NCBI GenBank assembly: GCA_024275095.1
Contig: JAJRZV010000002.1
Coordinates: 1 to 49,468, forward strand
Length of the DNA: 49,468 nucleotides
Direction of reading: 5' to 3'
From: a bacterium
GTDB taxonomy: Bacteria; JAJRZV01
This document shows, piece after piece, positions 48,904 through 49,468 of the stretch; position 1 is the stretch's first letter; the number at the start of each line of letters is the position of its first letter. A model generated the notes under the pieces. That model did not search any database and was not told the origin of the DNA. It was given only the letters and a program-made list of their open reading frames with translations. Position numbers and translations under genes: made by a program.

Positions 48904-49468
48904 ATGAAATTGACGGCAGAAGAGATTCAAATTCAAGAAGTTGCGCGACGGTACGCACGTGAAAGAATTGCTCCCGTCGTTGAACAATACGAGTCGCTGG
49001 GGACATTTCCGCTGGAGATGGTTTTGGAAATGGGAGAGTACGGATTCTTTGGAGCGGCCTTTCCTGAAGATGTGGGAGGTACGGGAGCTGGTTACAGGGC
49101 ACATGCTCTCATTGTGGAAGAGATCGCGGCTGTATGGTCGTCGTTGAGGGCCTTGTTCAACACCAACGGACTGACCGGTGCCATGACCATTTACAGGCAC
49201 GGGGGCTCTCGCTGGTACGATTGTGTAAAAAAGCTCGTGAAGGGCGAGTGGATAGGAGCGTTCGCACTTACCGAGCCGGGTGCCGGGTCGGACGTGGCAT
49301 CCATTTCTCTCAGGGCAGAGAAAGTGGAAGGAGGATACGTGCTCAACGGGACAAAGATCTGGATTTCGCACGCACCAATTTTCGACGTTGCTGTGGTGTT
49401 TGCACGCACGGACCCTGCCAGGAGGAAAGAGGGACTCTCTGCATTCATTGTGTTTTCTCAAACGGAAG
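48904..49468 (+). CDS. Acyl-CoA dehydrogenase family protein, 3'-truncated by window end (not in ORF track)
   Basis: ATG right after the hydratase TAG: MKLTAEEIQIQEVARRYARERIAP...FALTEPGAGSD...NGTKIWIS. Confidence 0.88.
   Translation, partial: MKLTAEEIQIQEVARRYARERIAPVVEQYESLGTFPLEMVLEMGEYGFFGAAFPEDVGGTGAGYRAHALIVEEIAAVWSSLRALFNTNGLTGAMTIYRHGGSRWYDCVKKLVKGEWIGAFALTEPGAGSDVASISLRAEKVEGGYVLNGTKIWISHAPIFDVAVVFARTDPARRKEGLSAFIVFSQTE

Noticed and set aside
48901-48906. Read-through fusion of hydratase and ACAD at in-frame TAG-ATG
   Set aside because: Both proteins have normal termini and there is an RBS-like GGAGAGG upstream, so ordinary coupling suffices

Overview
Bacterial chromosomal segment of moderate GC, densely coded on the + strand. 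Gene content (lptD, TDKNLPG-type receivers, acyl-CoA catabolism) suggests a diderm Deltaproteobacteria/Myxococcota-like lineage; this is an inference. In order it contains: (1) a signalling cluster with two histidine kinases, a membrane FecR+Ig protein, receiver-only proteins and an Ig-repeat/beta-barrel surface protein (1-6252); (2) mixed metabolic and housekeeping genes (ogt, ABC-class ATPase, GT4, two acyl-CoA ligases, lysophospholipase, bioB, PPIase, DUF72, amidase, rph, rdgB); (3) a mixed lipid/lptD/trpEG operon; (4) tig-clpP-clpX-lon; (5) a long acyl-CoA catabolic operon with four thiolase-like proteins and four DUF35 Zn-ribbon/OB-fold domains, running off the window end. Three tRNA genes are present (fMet, Pro, Val). 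The main oddities are: a perfect 59-bp duplication of the tRNA-Pro promoter and 5' end enclosing a 149-bp GC-rich self-complementary insert; three in-frame stops (lptD, lon, a DUF35 gene) and one frameshift (a thiolase) in otherwise intact genes; and the multi-module thiolase/DUF35 operon (Ltp3/Ltp4-like, PhlABC-like, BbsAB-like). No CRISPR array, integrase or transposase was seen. All product calls come from motif recognition by eye, without database searches.
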